Shown: positions 48,401-61,092 of the stretch, piece after piece
Layout: every line of letters starts with the position of its first letter
Numbering within the stretch: the stretch's first letter is position 1
Assembly (NCBI RefSeq): GCF_000143415.4
Contig: NW_003314275.1
Coordinates: 1 to 64,000, forward strand
Source of the DNA: Selaginella moellendorffii
Taxonomy: Eukaryota; Plantae; Lycopodiophyta
Length of the DNA stretch: 64,000 nt
Direction: 5' to 3'
Program-made: the position numbers and the translations under genes
The notes under the pieces: generated by a model
What the model was told of the DNA's origin: nothing
Databases searched by the model: none
The model's input: the letters and a program-made list of their open reading frames with translations, nothing else

Positions 48401-51400
48401 TTGACAATTATGAGGCAACTAAGCAAGAGATGCAAAATAACTGGTTAAACGGGTAGAAGGTAGCTACCCAAGACTTCTTAATAGCATAGGGAAGTTGGAT
48501 ATACCCTTACGGGGGATAAGTTGCTTGTGTTGCGATATAGTAAGTCAATGTCATAAAAGGAAATACTCATTGTCAAGAAAGCCATCATTGGGACACCCGA
48601 ACACTCTAGAACACTAGAAGGTGGTGTTTGATGTCGCGAGGGCAATGGATAAAGCCCAAGGGACTAAGTCCCTAGCGAATGATGGATAGAAGGTGTTATC
48701 CAAATGTCCAAGGTTGCGGAGACAGGAGAGGACTGTCTACCCGAGTTGGACAAAGCCAAAAATGGAATTTTGGCAAGGCTAGTGATGGGCATGTAAAGGC
48801 CCATAAGCAACAATGTAATCCCAGTGTGTGGGATTATAAGGTGAGCATACCCGGATTGAAGAACCACTCCCTAGGCTATTGGGTAGGTTCATCCCTAAGA
48901 ATACTTGCTAAAGCATGATAGAAAGTGCAAAGCTATCCTTCTGGTCTGGAGGAGAATGACCAAAGGAAAGGTGTGAAGCCAAAAAGCAAGAAGTAAAGGG
49001 ATAGAACCGAACCGTAGGAATCAAAGGGCATAACCAAGGTTGGTTATGCCAGCTGGGAGTGAAGAATCAAGTGGGGGCTCGAGGGTGTTGCCACTAGCAA
49101 CCGTGATGCCATGGAAAGTCTAAAATATGGAATTGTCCATGTTAGACTATGTGGCATTTGGAAGGCTTGCAAAAAGGGAGGCCTTAGCAAGCTGAGGGAC
49201 AGAGTTCCTTCAAGGTTCCCAAAGACGATTCTAGGTAGCTTAGTACCTAGAAAGGCCAAGTGTAAATGGTTCATGGAACGCGCGAAATCAGAGTGGCGCA
49301 GCAGAAGCGTGGTCTTGAAGCTTGCCATGAGGCAAGGCTATCAAGGTTAGGGAAGTAGTTCCCGAGTGTTCAAGGAGAGGGCTTTGAACGAAAGTCGATG
49401 GTCAAGGACTTTCACGCTTATGCAGGAACCATGTTACAGTGGTCGGAGGACTTGCCAAGCGAGATTGGCACGTCGGGGGAACAAATACCCTAGTTGAAGG
49501 TGATAACTTCAAAAAGGGTGGGCCATGGGGCCAAGCATGGAGGAGCCCATGCATGATCACGGACATGTCAAGTGAGAGGACTTGGCAGTGTGGAGGAACT
49601 AGGTTCCTAAGCTGTGATCTGTAGCGCGCTTTAAAAATAAAAATAAGTTGGTGCACCGGCGTGGGGAGTCACGCCAGGCATCTTGTGTGATGCCGTCCGT
49701 AGATGCATATACGGAGGTTGGGTTCGAGTCCCGACCCTCTAGTGCTTGGGTTCGAGTCCCAAATCACTAGGGCGTGGTGATGGTTTGGAATATGAGGACA
49801 CTCATATTTCGGTGGTCATGGACTCTCAGTGGGGAGACTGGTTTGGGCACACCGCCAAGCGAGGGATGCCTCGGAGTTGTGATGCACGGTTAGATTGCTT
49901 AGTGTGAAAGCTCGGCATATCTAACTTGAACGCTTTGGTGCAAGTGGCACCAAGGACGTGGTGAGTGAGATGGGGACACCTAATCTCAGTTGCTATGGAC
50001 CCTTGGCCGGAAGGGCTGGCTTAGGCGCACCGCCAAGTGTGGGGGATGCCCCCGGGGTCATAGGTAACAAATTAAAGGTCTGGAAGACCTAGTACCTATT
50101 GGCAAACCTGTTAAGGTGCTGAGGTGAGATCACTAGGTGATCTTGTGGCTAAATAAGGACAAGGTCCTTGTTTGGGTTAAGGAATAAGGTTCCTAGTTCA
50201 AAGTGTTGATTTGAACTATTGATGATGGTGTGGCTTGGTCAAGGTGACCAAGTGGGAAAAGCACCTTAGGGAAATGAGCTATGTCATTGCGATGGCATAG
50301 TGTGTCCAAGGAAAGTAGTCTCTAAAAAGACCCATGAGAGGGTCACAAAGTTGGGCCGAGGATAGAGCCCACAGCAGAAGATGCTAAAAGAGACTTACTA
50401 GGGGTGAACACCCTAGTCTTGGCAAAGCAGAGCCTTTGCTATGGAATCAAAAGAACACCTCAAGGAGGGAGGTAGAGATTCGATGTTGCTTGGTGCAACA
50501 ATCAATGGATAGGAGCAAAAGATGAGTGGCCAAGATAGGGCCGTGGAATTCCTTGGAAGGAATCCAAGTGACAAAGTTAGGCGAGGAACACTAATGTGTT
50601 GGACGCTAACAAATTGGGGGAAAGGAAGTGTGTTTCCAAGGATGGATTCCGAATTGCTCCGATTTGGCAAAAAGTGGAAGCTCCAAGGGAGGGAGCGGTA
50701 AGGTAGCCAAATGATAGGGCCATGAATAGTCCTAGCACAAAGTATGATAACTGGAACTTTAGCACGAAATAGAAGAGAGGATGATGGTGCCCTCGAGTAG
50801 AGAACTTCCTAGGATAGGAAGTGGAGTTGCACAAGAGGTGCAAGGCAAGGTGTCAGAGACACCTAGGAAATTGACTCCAAGAAGTCAAAATTCAAAGTTC
50901 CAAAGTGCAAAGGTTATATCGATGGAAATTGAGACTACTCGAGAAGGAGTAATGGGATTGACTTAGAGAAGGGTCTTTAAGAGGTTTAGCAAGAACTAAA
51001 TCAATAAAAGGAGAGAACCACTATATGTGGTCCAATTAGTCTCTAAGTTGGAAAGACTACCCTCCTTAGAGGATATGCAAAAGGCATGGTGAGCCTTCAA
51101 TGTCCAACCATTGACGAATATGGAGAAGGCATGGTGAGCCTTCAATGTCACAGCATTGACAAATATTGGCTACGCGCCAAGGATGGAAATGGTAACACAT
51201 GCGGGTGTTACTTTATAAAATGGTTCACCGTTCGATGAGGACATCGAACTTCGTCTATGGGTGGTGGAGTTGTGAGACACAAAATCCCTAGGCCCCAAAG
51301 TGGAGCCGGAAGGGCGCCACATGGTAGTGGCCGAAGCGAGAGCCAAACGAGCGTAACAGGTTTGGACCAAAAGCTCCGACTTGAAAAGTCAAGAGCGGGA

Positions 51401-51863
51401 GTGGAACTCCCAACGAAATGCTCGAGGAACGAGCACGAAGCGAGCAAAAGGCGAGGCTCCAAAAAGGGACCCAAAAGGACTAACACATGACACATGGGAG
51501 TGTCCGAGATGGACTCGAGTTGGAGTCCGAAGTGGAGTCCGAGATGGACCCGAGTTGGAGTCCGAAGTGGAGTCCGAGATGGACCCGAGTTGGAGTCCGA
51601 AGTGGAGTCCGAGACGGACCCGAGATGGAGTCCGAGATGGAGTCCGAAGTGGAGTCCGAGGTGGACCCGAGATGGAGTCCGAGATGGAGTCCGAGATGGA
51701 GTCTGAGGTGGACCCGAGATGGACCCGAAATGGAGTCCGAGATGGAGTCCGAGATGGACCCGGAATGGAGTCCGAGATGGAGTCCGAGATGGACCCGAGA
51801 TGGACCCGAGATGGAGTCCAAGATGGAGTCCGAGATGGAGTCCGAAGTCGAGACCGAGACCGG

Positions 51864-51895
<32 letters not shown>

Positions 51896-53021
51896 TCGGG
51901 ACCGAGACCGAGACCGAGGCCGAGGCCGAGACCGAGCCCGAGCCCGAGTCCGAGTCCGAATCCGAGTCCGAGTCCGAGTCCGAGTCCGAGTCCGAGTCTG
52001 AGTCTGAGTCCGAGTCCGGAGCCTGAGAGGGTGAAAGCCCAAAGCGTTCGTCTCCCAGACCCTGGGGGGTTTGGTGAGCTCCAAAAGTATAGTAGGGGGA
52101 GGACTGCAGTGGAGCCAGTTTGGCCAGGAAAGGCCAGTTTGGCCCAACAAGGCCGGACCCAGTGTTGGGTGATGAGCTGCCCACTGGGAAGTCCAAGACT
52201 AGAGTGAACACAGACCGACAAGCGGGGTAGCTTGGTGAAGTGTTCAAGAGCCGGCTCTAGTTCCCCCGGGAGATCGACTGGCCGATGCTCCCAGTCCAAG
52301 TGTGGGTGGCACTACCTACTTGGATACCTGGTGTGGCTCAACGGAACCCGCTCTAAGCCCATGGCTAGAGCACCCAAGGGCAGAAGGCGAGGAGAGTACC
52401 CAGGTGGCTCGCGTAAGGCCACGGTGTTCCGAAATGTTGTCCCAAAGGCCCAGACTGTGGAAAGGAAGAGGAGCAGTCCTCTGGGGTAGTGACCAAGGAC
52501 ACAGTCGTGTGGTGAGGAAGTCCCAGAGGACCGTGGGACTTAGTGGTCGGGCCTGTGGGTCTCGATCCAGTGGCAGTGTTGGCAAACACGGCCAGGGGCA
52601 GAAAGGGACTTAGTGGGGACTGACAGAGGGATATTGGGGAAGGCTATTCCCCTTGTTGGTGGGCATCCTAAGGATGCTAAGGAGTGGATCTGAGATGACC
52701 ACTCACGGATGGTTTGCCTAGTCTTGGAGAGCCAAGACGGTGATGCAAGTGGTATTGGACTACCAGTGTGGCAAAGGTGATTGGGCATGGCCTTAGCGTA
52801 ACGGGCTGCTATGTCGGTGGTACCTTTGAGTGTCGGTCATGGGATCGGACACGTGGAGCACTTGGACCAAGTGCAAATGTTGAGTGGCATGGATGCCATT
52901 CTCGGGGCTAGCAAGTCCCAAGTCCTGGATTGGACTTATGGAGGTTGTGAATGAGACTCCTCCAAGTGGTCAGAGGTGTGGTTAAGTGACTAAAGTAGAA
53001 TGGAAAATTTAGTCGCTTACA
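45431..53021 (+). mobile_element. Complete non-coding LTR element (LARD-like, family B): LTRs 45431-47165 and 51271-53021, PBS 47169-47180, PPT 51259-51269
   Basis: TSD ATGGA at 45426-45430 and 53022-53026; TG..CA ends; TGGTATCGGAGC; the 4.1-kb interior has no retroelement ORF. Confidence 0.9.
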
Positions 53022-56000
53022 ATGGACTCTCAATGAGGAGATTGGCTTGGGCACACCGCCAAGCGGGGGATGCCCCGGAGTCGTGATGCACGGTTAGATT
53101 GCTTAGTGTGAAAGCTCGTCATATCTAACTTGAACGCTTTGGTGCAAGTGGCACCAAGGACGTGGTGAGTGAGATAGGGACACCTAATCTCAGTTGCTAT
53201 GAACCCTTGGCCGTAAGGGCTAGCTTGGGTGCACCGCCAAGTGTGGGGGATGCCCCCGGGGTTATAGTCAACCACTTGAAGGTCTAGAAGACCAAGTACC
53301 TCTTGGCAACTCTGTTAAGGTGCCAAGGTGAGATCACTAGGTGATCTTATGGCCAAATAAGGACGAGGTCCTTGGTTGGCTAAAGAATGAAGTTCCTGGT
53401 TCAAAATGTTGAAATTGAACTGTTTAAGGTGGTGTGGCTTGGTCATGATGACCAAGTGGGAAGAGCACCTAAGGGAAATAAACTATGTCCGTGCGATGGC
53501 ATAGTGAGTCCGAGGAAGGTAGTCTCTATAAGAAACCCATGGGAGGGTCACGAAGTTGGGCCATGGATAGAGCCCATAGCAGAAAATGCTAAAGAGACGT
53601 ACTAGGGGTAAACATCCTCCGGACTTGGCAAAGAAGAGTCTTTGCTATGGAACCGAAAGGATACCTCAAGAATGGAGGTAGCAATCCTATGTTGCTGGGT
53701 GCAACAATCAAGGATAGGAGCAATGGACTAGTGGCCAAGATTGGGCCATGAAATTTAATGGAAGGGATCCAAATGGCAAAGTTAGGCAAAAAACACTAAT
53801 GTGTTGGACGCTAACCAATTGCGGGAAAAGAAGTGTGTTTCCAAGGATGGATTCCGAATTGCTCCGATTTGGCAAAAGTGGAAGCTCCAAGGGAGGAGCC
53901 CAATGATATGGCCATGGACAGCCCTAGCACAAAGTATGATAAATGGAACTTAGTGCCCAAGGTGGCACGAAATAGAAGAGAGGATGATGGTGCCCTCAAG
54001 TAAAGAACTTCCTAGGATGGGGAAGTGGAGTTGCACAATATGTGCAATGCAAGGTGTTGGAGACACCTAGGAAATTGACTTCCAGAAGTCAAAGAGTAAA
54101 AGTTCCAAAGTGCAAACGTTCAATAGATGGAAATTGAGACTACTCGAGAAGGAGTAGTGGGATTGACTTAGAGAAGGGTCTCTAAGAGGTTTAGCGAGAA
54201 CTAAATCAATAAAATGAGAGAACCACTATATGTGGTCCAATCAGTCTCTAAGTTGGAGAGACTACCCTCCTTAGAGGATAGGCAAGGCATGGTGAGCCTT
54301 TGGTGTCAAACCATTGAGGAATATGCAAAAGGCTTGGTGAGCTTTCAATGTCCAACCATTGACGAATATGGAGAAGGCATGGTGAGCCTTCAATGTCAAA
54401 CCATTGACAAATATTGGCTATGCGCCAAGGATGGAAATGGTAACACATGCGGGTGTTACTTTATAAAATGGTTCACCGTTTGATGAGGACATCCAACTTC
54501 GTCTATCGGTGGTGGAGTTGTGAGACACAAAATCCCTAGGCCCTGAAGTGGAGTCCGAGATGGAGTCCGAGGTGGACCCGAGATGGACCCGAAATGGAGT
54601 CCGAGATGGAGTCCGAGATGGACCTGAGATGGAGTCCGAGATGGAGTCCGAGATAGACCCGAGATGGAGTCCGAGATGGACCCGAGGTGGAGTCCGAGAT
54701 GGACCCGAGATGGAGTCCGAGATGGAGTCCGAGGTGGAGTCCGAGATGGACCCGAGATGGAGTCCGAGATGGACCCGAGATGGACCCGAGATGGGATCCG
54801 AGATGGACCCGAGATGGAGTCCGAGATGGAGTCCGAGAAGGACCCGAGATGGAGTCCGAGATGGAGTCCGAGAAGGACCCGAGATGGAGTCCGAGGTGGA
54901 GTCCGAGATGGACCTGAGATGGAGTCCGAGATGGAGTCCGAGATAGACCCGAGATGGAGTCCGAGATGGACCCGAGGTGGAGTCCGAGATGGACCCGAGA
55001 TGGAGTCCGAGATGGAGTCCGAGGTGGAGTCCGAGATGGACCCGAGATGGAGTCCGAGATGGAGTCCGAGATGGACCCGAGATGGAGTCCGAGATGGAGT
55101 CCGAGATGGACCCGAGATGGAGTCCGAGATGGAGTCCGAGGTGGAGTCCGAGATGGACCCGAGGTGGAGTCCGAGATGGACCCGAGATGGAGTCCGAGAT
55201 GGACCCGAGATGGAGTCCGAGATGGAGTCCGAGATGCACCCGAGATGGAGTCCGAGATGGACCCGAGATGGAGTCCGAAGTCGAGACCGAGACCGGGACC
55301 GAGACCGAGACCGAGATCAGGACCAAGACCAAGACCAAGGCCAAGGCCGAGACCGAGCCCGAGCCCGAGTCCGAGTCCGAGCCCGAGTCCGAGTCCGAGT
55401 CCGAGTCCGAGTCTGAGAGGGTGAAAGCCCAAAGCGTTCGTCTCCCAGACCCTGGGGGGTTTGGTGAGCTCCAAAAAGTATAGTAGGGGGAGGACTGCAG
55501 TGGAGCCAGTTTGGCCAGGAAAGGCCAGTTTGGCCCAGGAAGGCCGGACCCAGTGTTGGGTGATGAGCTGCCCACTGGGAAGTCCAAGACTAGAGTGAAC
55601 ACAGACCGACAAGCGGGGTAGCTTGGTGAAGTGTTCAAGAGCCGGCTCTAGTTCCCCCGGGAGATCGACTGGCCGATGCTCCCAGTCCAAGTGTGGGTGG
55701 CACTACCTACTTGGATACCTGTTGTGGCTCAATGGAACCTCGCTCTAAGCCCATGGCTAGAGCACCTAAAGGCGGAAGGCAGGGAGAGTACCCAGGTGGC
55801 TCGCGTAAGGCCACGGTGTTCCGAAATGTTGTCCCAAAGGCCCAGACTGTGGAAAGGAAGAGGAGCAGTCCTCTGGGGTAGTGACCAAGGACACAGTCGT
55901 GTGGTGAGGAAGTCCTAGAGGACCGTGGGACTTAGTGGTCGGGCTTGTGGGCCTCGATCCAGTGGCAGTGTTGGCAAACACAGCCAGGGGCAGAAAGGGA

Positions 56001-56359
56001 CTTAGTGGGGATTGACCGAGGGATATTGGGGAAGGCTATTCCCCTTGTCGGTGGGCATCCTAAGGATGTTAAGGAGTGGATCTGAGATGACCACTCATGG
56101 ATGGTTTGCTTAGTCTTGGAGAGCCAAGACTGTGATACAAGTGGTATTGGACTACCAGTGTGGCAAAAGTGATTGGGCATGGCCTTAGTGTAACAGGCTG
56201 CCATGTCGGTGGTACTTTTGAGTGGCATGGATGCCATTCTCGGGGCTAGCAAGTCCCAAGCCCTGAAATGGACTTATGGAGGTTGTGATTGAGACTCCTC
56301 CAAGTGGTCGAAGGTGTGATTAAGTGACTAAAGTAGAATGGAAAATTTAGTCGCTTACA
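53022..56359 (+). mobile_element. Host family B copy (interior continues from ~45335-45430; 3' LTR 54519-56359 with expanded 12-mer array)
   Basis: Homologous to 49820-51270; PPT then TGTGAGAC...GCTTACA; ~45-bp repeats at 54284-54418. Confidence 0.85.
54545..55415 (+). repeat. LTR-internal microsatellite: (GAGATGGAGTCC/GAGATGGACCC)n, then (GAGACC)n and (GAGTCC)n; also at 45665-46160, 51505-52020 and inverted at 39027-39490, 57380-57870
   Basis: Direct reading of the repeats. Confidence 0.95.
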
Positions 56360-58208
56360 GCCGATACGTCGGTGGTACCTTGGGGTGTCGATCATGGGAT
56401 CGGACACGTGGAGCACTTGGACCAAGTGCAAATGTTGAGTGGCATGGATGCCATTCTCGGGGCTAGCAAGTCCCTGTAAGCGACTAATTTTTCCATTTTA
56501 CTTTAGTCACTTAACTGCACCTCCGACCACTTGGAGGAGTCTCATTCACAACCTCCATANNNNNNNNNNNNNNNNNNNNNNNNNNNNNNNNNNNNNNNNN
56601 NNNNNNNNNNNNNNNNNNNNNNNNNNNNNNNNNNNNNNNNNNNNNNNNNNNNNNNNNNNATCATAATCCCATCTCTCAAAGACTAGGCCGTCCATCCATG
56701 AGTGACCATCCCAGGTCTACTCCTTAGCATCCTTAGGATGCCCGCAGACATGGGGAATAGCCTTCCCCGACAACTCTTTTCCAGTCCCCACCAAGTCCCT
56801 TTTAGTCTATGGCCGTGTTCGCCAACACTGCCACTGGATCAAGGCCCGCAAACCTGACCGCTAAATCCCACTATCCTTTGGGACTTCCTCACCATGTGAC
56901 CGTATCCTTGGTCACTGCATTAGAGGCCTACTCCTCTTCCCTTACACCGTTTGGGACTTTGGGACAACATTTCGGAACACCGTGGCCTTACGCAAGCCTC
57001 ATGGGTACTCTCCCCGCCTTTCGCCTTTAGGTGCTCTAGCCATGGGCTTAGAGCGAGGTTCCGTTGAGCCACGACAGGTATCCAAGTAGGTAGTGCCACC
57101 CACACTTGGACTAGGAGCATCGGCCAGTCGATCTCCCGGGGGAACTAGAGCCGGCTCTTGAGCACTTCACCAAGCTACCCCGCTTGTCGGTCCGTGTTCA
57201 CTTTAGTCTTGGACTTCCCAGTGGGCAGCTCATCACCCAACACTGGGTCCGGCCTTCCTGGGCCAAACTGGCCTTTCCTGGCCAAACTGGCTCCACTGCA
57301 GTCCTCCCCCTACTATACTTTTGGAGCTCACCAAACCCCCCAGGGTCTGGGAGACGAACGCTTTGGGCTTTCACCCTCTCAGACTCGAACTCGGACTTGG
57401 ACTCGGACTCGGACTCGGGCTCGGGCTCGGTCTCGGCCTCGGCCTCGGTCTTGGTCTCGGTCCCGATCTCGGTCTCGGTCTCGGTCCCGGTCTTGGTCCC
57501 GGTCTCGATCTCAACTTCGGACTCCGTCTCGGGTCCATCTCGGACTCCATCTCAGACTCCATCTCAGGTCCATCTCGGACTCCATCTCGGGTCCATCTCG
57601 GACTCCATCTCGGGTCCATCTTGGACTCCATCTCGGGTCCATCTCGGGTCCATCTCGGACTCCATGTCGGGTCCATCTCGGACTCTATCTGGGACTCCAT
57701 CTCGGGTCCATCTCGGACTCCATCTCGGACTCCATCTCGGGTCCATCTTGGGTCCATCTCGGACGCCATTTCGAGTCCATTTCGGGTCCATCTAAAACTC
57801 CATCTCAGGGTCTTTCTCGGACTCCACTTCGGACTCCACTTCGGACTCCAACTCGGGTCCATCTCGGACACTTCCACGTGTCATGTGTTAGTCCTTTTTG
57901 GGTCCCTTTTTGGAGCCTCGCTTATGGCTCGCTTCGTGCTCATTCCTCAAGCACTTTGTTAGGGGTTCCACTCCCGCTCTCGACCTTTCAAGGCAGAGCT
58001 TTTAGTCCAAACGTGTTGCGCTCGTTTGGCTTTTGCTTCGGCCACTACCACGTGGCGCCCCTCCGGCTCTACTTTGAGGCCTAGGGATTTTGTGTCTCAC
58101 AGTCCCAAGTCCTAAATTGGACTTATGGAGGTTGTGATTGAGACTCCTCCAAGTGGTCGGAGGTGTGGTTAAGTGACTAAAGTAGAATGGAAAATTTAGT
58201 CGCTTACA
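56360..58208. mobile_element. Family B LTR 3' fragment (+) interrupted by a solo family B LTR (-) at 56475-58101
   Basis: TSD GTCCC at 56470-56474 and 58102-58106; N-gap 56560-56659 inside. Confidence 0.85.
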
Positions 58209-61092
58209 ACCAGGTTTAAGCAGGAATCTTTGGCCTTGCTTTGCCCTACCTTTAGATCCTGGGCCTCCACCCTAGATCTTCTTCCTTGGGCATTCGCTAG
58301 TACCACAAGGTTCCTACCTTGTCCATGCAGGGCTACTACGAACCGATTGAACCAATCCATTCCGAAGATCACGTCAAATCACGCCATGTCTAACACGGTG
58401 AAATCCATGTCTACTTTCCATGACCCTACTTCGACTCTCGCTTGTCGAAGTACCTCATCGGTGCTTTGGCTATCTTGAACAAACTCTATAGTCCTTGGTT
58501 CGCCTAGCCGCTGCACCGTTAGTCCGGCTTGCTGGACTATGTCTGCAGCCACAAAATTATCCGAAGCACCTGTGTCAATAAGGATCTTAACAAAGCTACC
58601 TCCGAGCTTCCCTCAGAGGGCTAGTAGATGTCGCGAACGATTCTCTACCAAAGTTGCTCGTGTAATGAGTAACTTTGAGTTAGGGACTGGATCACATACC
58701 TCATTTTGGACTTCACCCGACTTGATGGCCATATTAGCTCTGGCCTTCTTCGGGTAGGGACATTCCTTCGAAAAATATCCCGCTTCACTGTAGTTGTAGC
58801 ATACGTTGCTATACGACTTGACCTTCTTATCCGTGGGTTTGTCTCTTTTCGCTTGACTCCCCCACGTACTCACTCGTTGGCAACCGGATTTGCCTTTCCG
58901 GAACCCCGAGGACTCATTCTTAGAGAAACTCTTCTTGAATTTCCCTCTGCTATACGTTCCTCTTGGTTTGGCCCCTTTGCTAAACGTGGATCCCGACCCC
59001 GTCGTGTTCCCCTTTCGCAGGTTATCGTTGAAATGCACCTTGATGGCCGCATCTAACGCTTCCTTGTAGTTAGTCGGGTTCCAGCACATCACCTCACCAC
59101 GAGCCCAGGTTTGCAAACCTAATATGAAGGCATGGAACGCATCCATATCCCCCATGTCCGTGACAAGTATCCTCTTTGCCATGAACCCATTCACATATTC
59201 CTGGATGGTTCCAGTCTGCTTCAGCCTACTCAGCTCATCTCTCAGATACAGAGTGGCATTTAGAGGAACGTATGTTGCGCGGATCCTCGCCTTCATCATG
59301 TCCCAAGTGGCCACTGGTCCTTCGTTGGCCTCCGTCGTTCTCCACCAAGACTTGGCATTATTTGCCAAGTATGGTTTTGCACATGGGACCTTCTCCGAGC
59401 TCGGTAATCGCAACGCTTAGAAGTAGTCTTCCATATCGTAAAACCAATCCTCCACCACGTTATAGTCATTCACTCCCTTGAAGACCAGTGGGGGCTTAGG
59501 TTTGTCCTTGGGAACTGCCTGAGGGACTGATTCTACTTCGGTCTGTTCGACTTTGTTTGGTTCTGCCTCAGTCCCTGCCGAAGGGTCCACACCTTCTGCG
59601 CTGCCAGCATCCGCAGTTTTTCTCTTTTTCTTCCGCTTTTTGTCACACTTTAGCTTGCGTACGAGAGTCTCCAGCAAGGCATTGGTCTGTGCCAACTGTC
59701 CTTCTAGCACGTCTAATCGAGCCTTGGACAACCGAACCTCGCCACCGGACTCCTATTTGGAAGTTTCCTCATTGGAGTCCTCCTCATGCAAGGATTCCTC
59801 ATCCATAGCCTCTTGTTCAACCGGAGGCTCCAGCTTCGGCAGAGGTTTCGTCTCCGCCTGGGTTCGCTTACGCCCTGCCCTTGCCATCTCCCAGCAATCC
59901 ACCTCTATCCTTCGCTAGAACTGAGGAAAAGGCTCTGATACCAAATTGTAAGCTACAAAATTTTCCTTTCCAATTTGCCAGCTTACCTCGTCTACCCGAC
60001 CAACACTACCTTGGCTTGTGCTAAGTTCCCTGGCCAAGGTTTTCGCCTATTGTACCAGCTCCTATTTGGTCCTACTTGGTTTCAGCTACTCACTGCACGA
60101 GCAACAGAGCATTAACCATCCATCCACGGATTCCCAAATCTCTCCCAATCCCCGTCCCCGGGTTAGACTGGACTTAAGGTTCGGCTACACTCCCCGCATG
60201 CACAAGCAGCCAAGCACACCAGCCTCCAGGTTCCTAACACCCCTTGGTACAACAAGACTTGATCATGGGACCCTCTAAATCCCAAGCCTTAGGTGCAACA
60301 CTTGCTTCGGGACGTCGGGGCGAAACACCGTGGCCTAACGGCCCGGTATGGGTACCTCTACCCCCCCACTTCCATCCCGAAGGGAAGGCCCAAGCCCCTA
60401 GGAAGGGCGAGGACCAATGAGCCGCAAGGTACTCAAGTGGGGCACCACTCCACATGAGCCGGGAGCACCGCAATCGGTTTCCCTTTCGGGAGTGGGAGCT
60501 GCTCTTGAACACTTCCCTGGGTGGCCCCTTCGGCACCACCCAAGCCCATGCTCACTCCCACCCAAGGCCCCTCGGCCCCAATCTCAACCTCAAGTCAGTT
60601 TGGAAGCACCACTGGAGAGTTCTTTCAAGACTGGTTCCTGGACCTCACTATCCCTACTATACTTTTGGAACCCCCTGCAACCCCCCCCCCCCCCCCCCCC
60701 CCCCGGGAGACGCACACTTTGGGCTTTCACCCCTTGACCCATATTAGTACTCGGACTTAGTCTCTGGCTCGATCTCAGACTCAATCTCGGGTTCGACTTC
60801 GGATTCGGTCTCGGACTCGATCTCGGACTCGATCTCGGACCCGATCTCGGACTCGACCTCAGACTCGGTCTCGGACCCGATTTTGGATCTCGGACTCCGT
60901 CTCGAGCTCAGTCTCGAACTCGGTCTTTGAGTCGGTCTCGGACTCGATTCCGAACTCTATCTCGAACTCGGTCTTAAAGTCGGTCTTGGACTCGATCTTA
61001 GACTTGGTCTCATCCGATGAACTCTTTATCATTTTGGTCAAGCTTTCGGGGCTCCTTTAGCCTACAACACCTCGGCGAGTTGGTTCTTTACA

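Larger units (their letters stand above)
31240..61092 (-). mobile_element. Outer chromoviral Ty3/Gypsy family A element: 3' LTR 31240-32386, PPT 32387-32398, IN/chromo to 34048, RT/RH 43268-45007, gag-PR 58209-59888, PBS 59932-59943, 5' LTR 59947-61092
   Basis: TSD GAACC at 31235-31239 and 61093-61097; paired LTRs; PR-RT-RH-IN-chromodomain order; several stops. Confidence 0.88.

Noticed and set aside
49715-49765. tRNA gene
   Set aside because: Only T-arm/B-box motifs; no cloverleaf found
38798-58084. Long Ser-Asp, Gly-Leu and Arg-Thr repeat ORFs (200-400 aa) in several frames
   Set aside because: They are translations of stop-free LTR microsatellites, open in many frames on both strands
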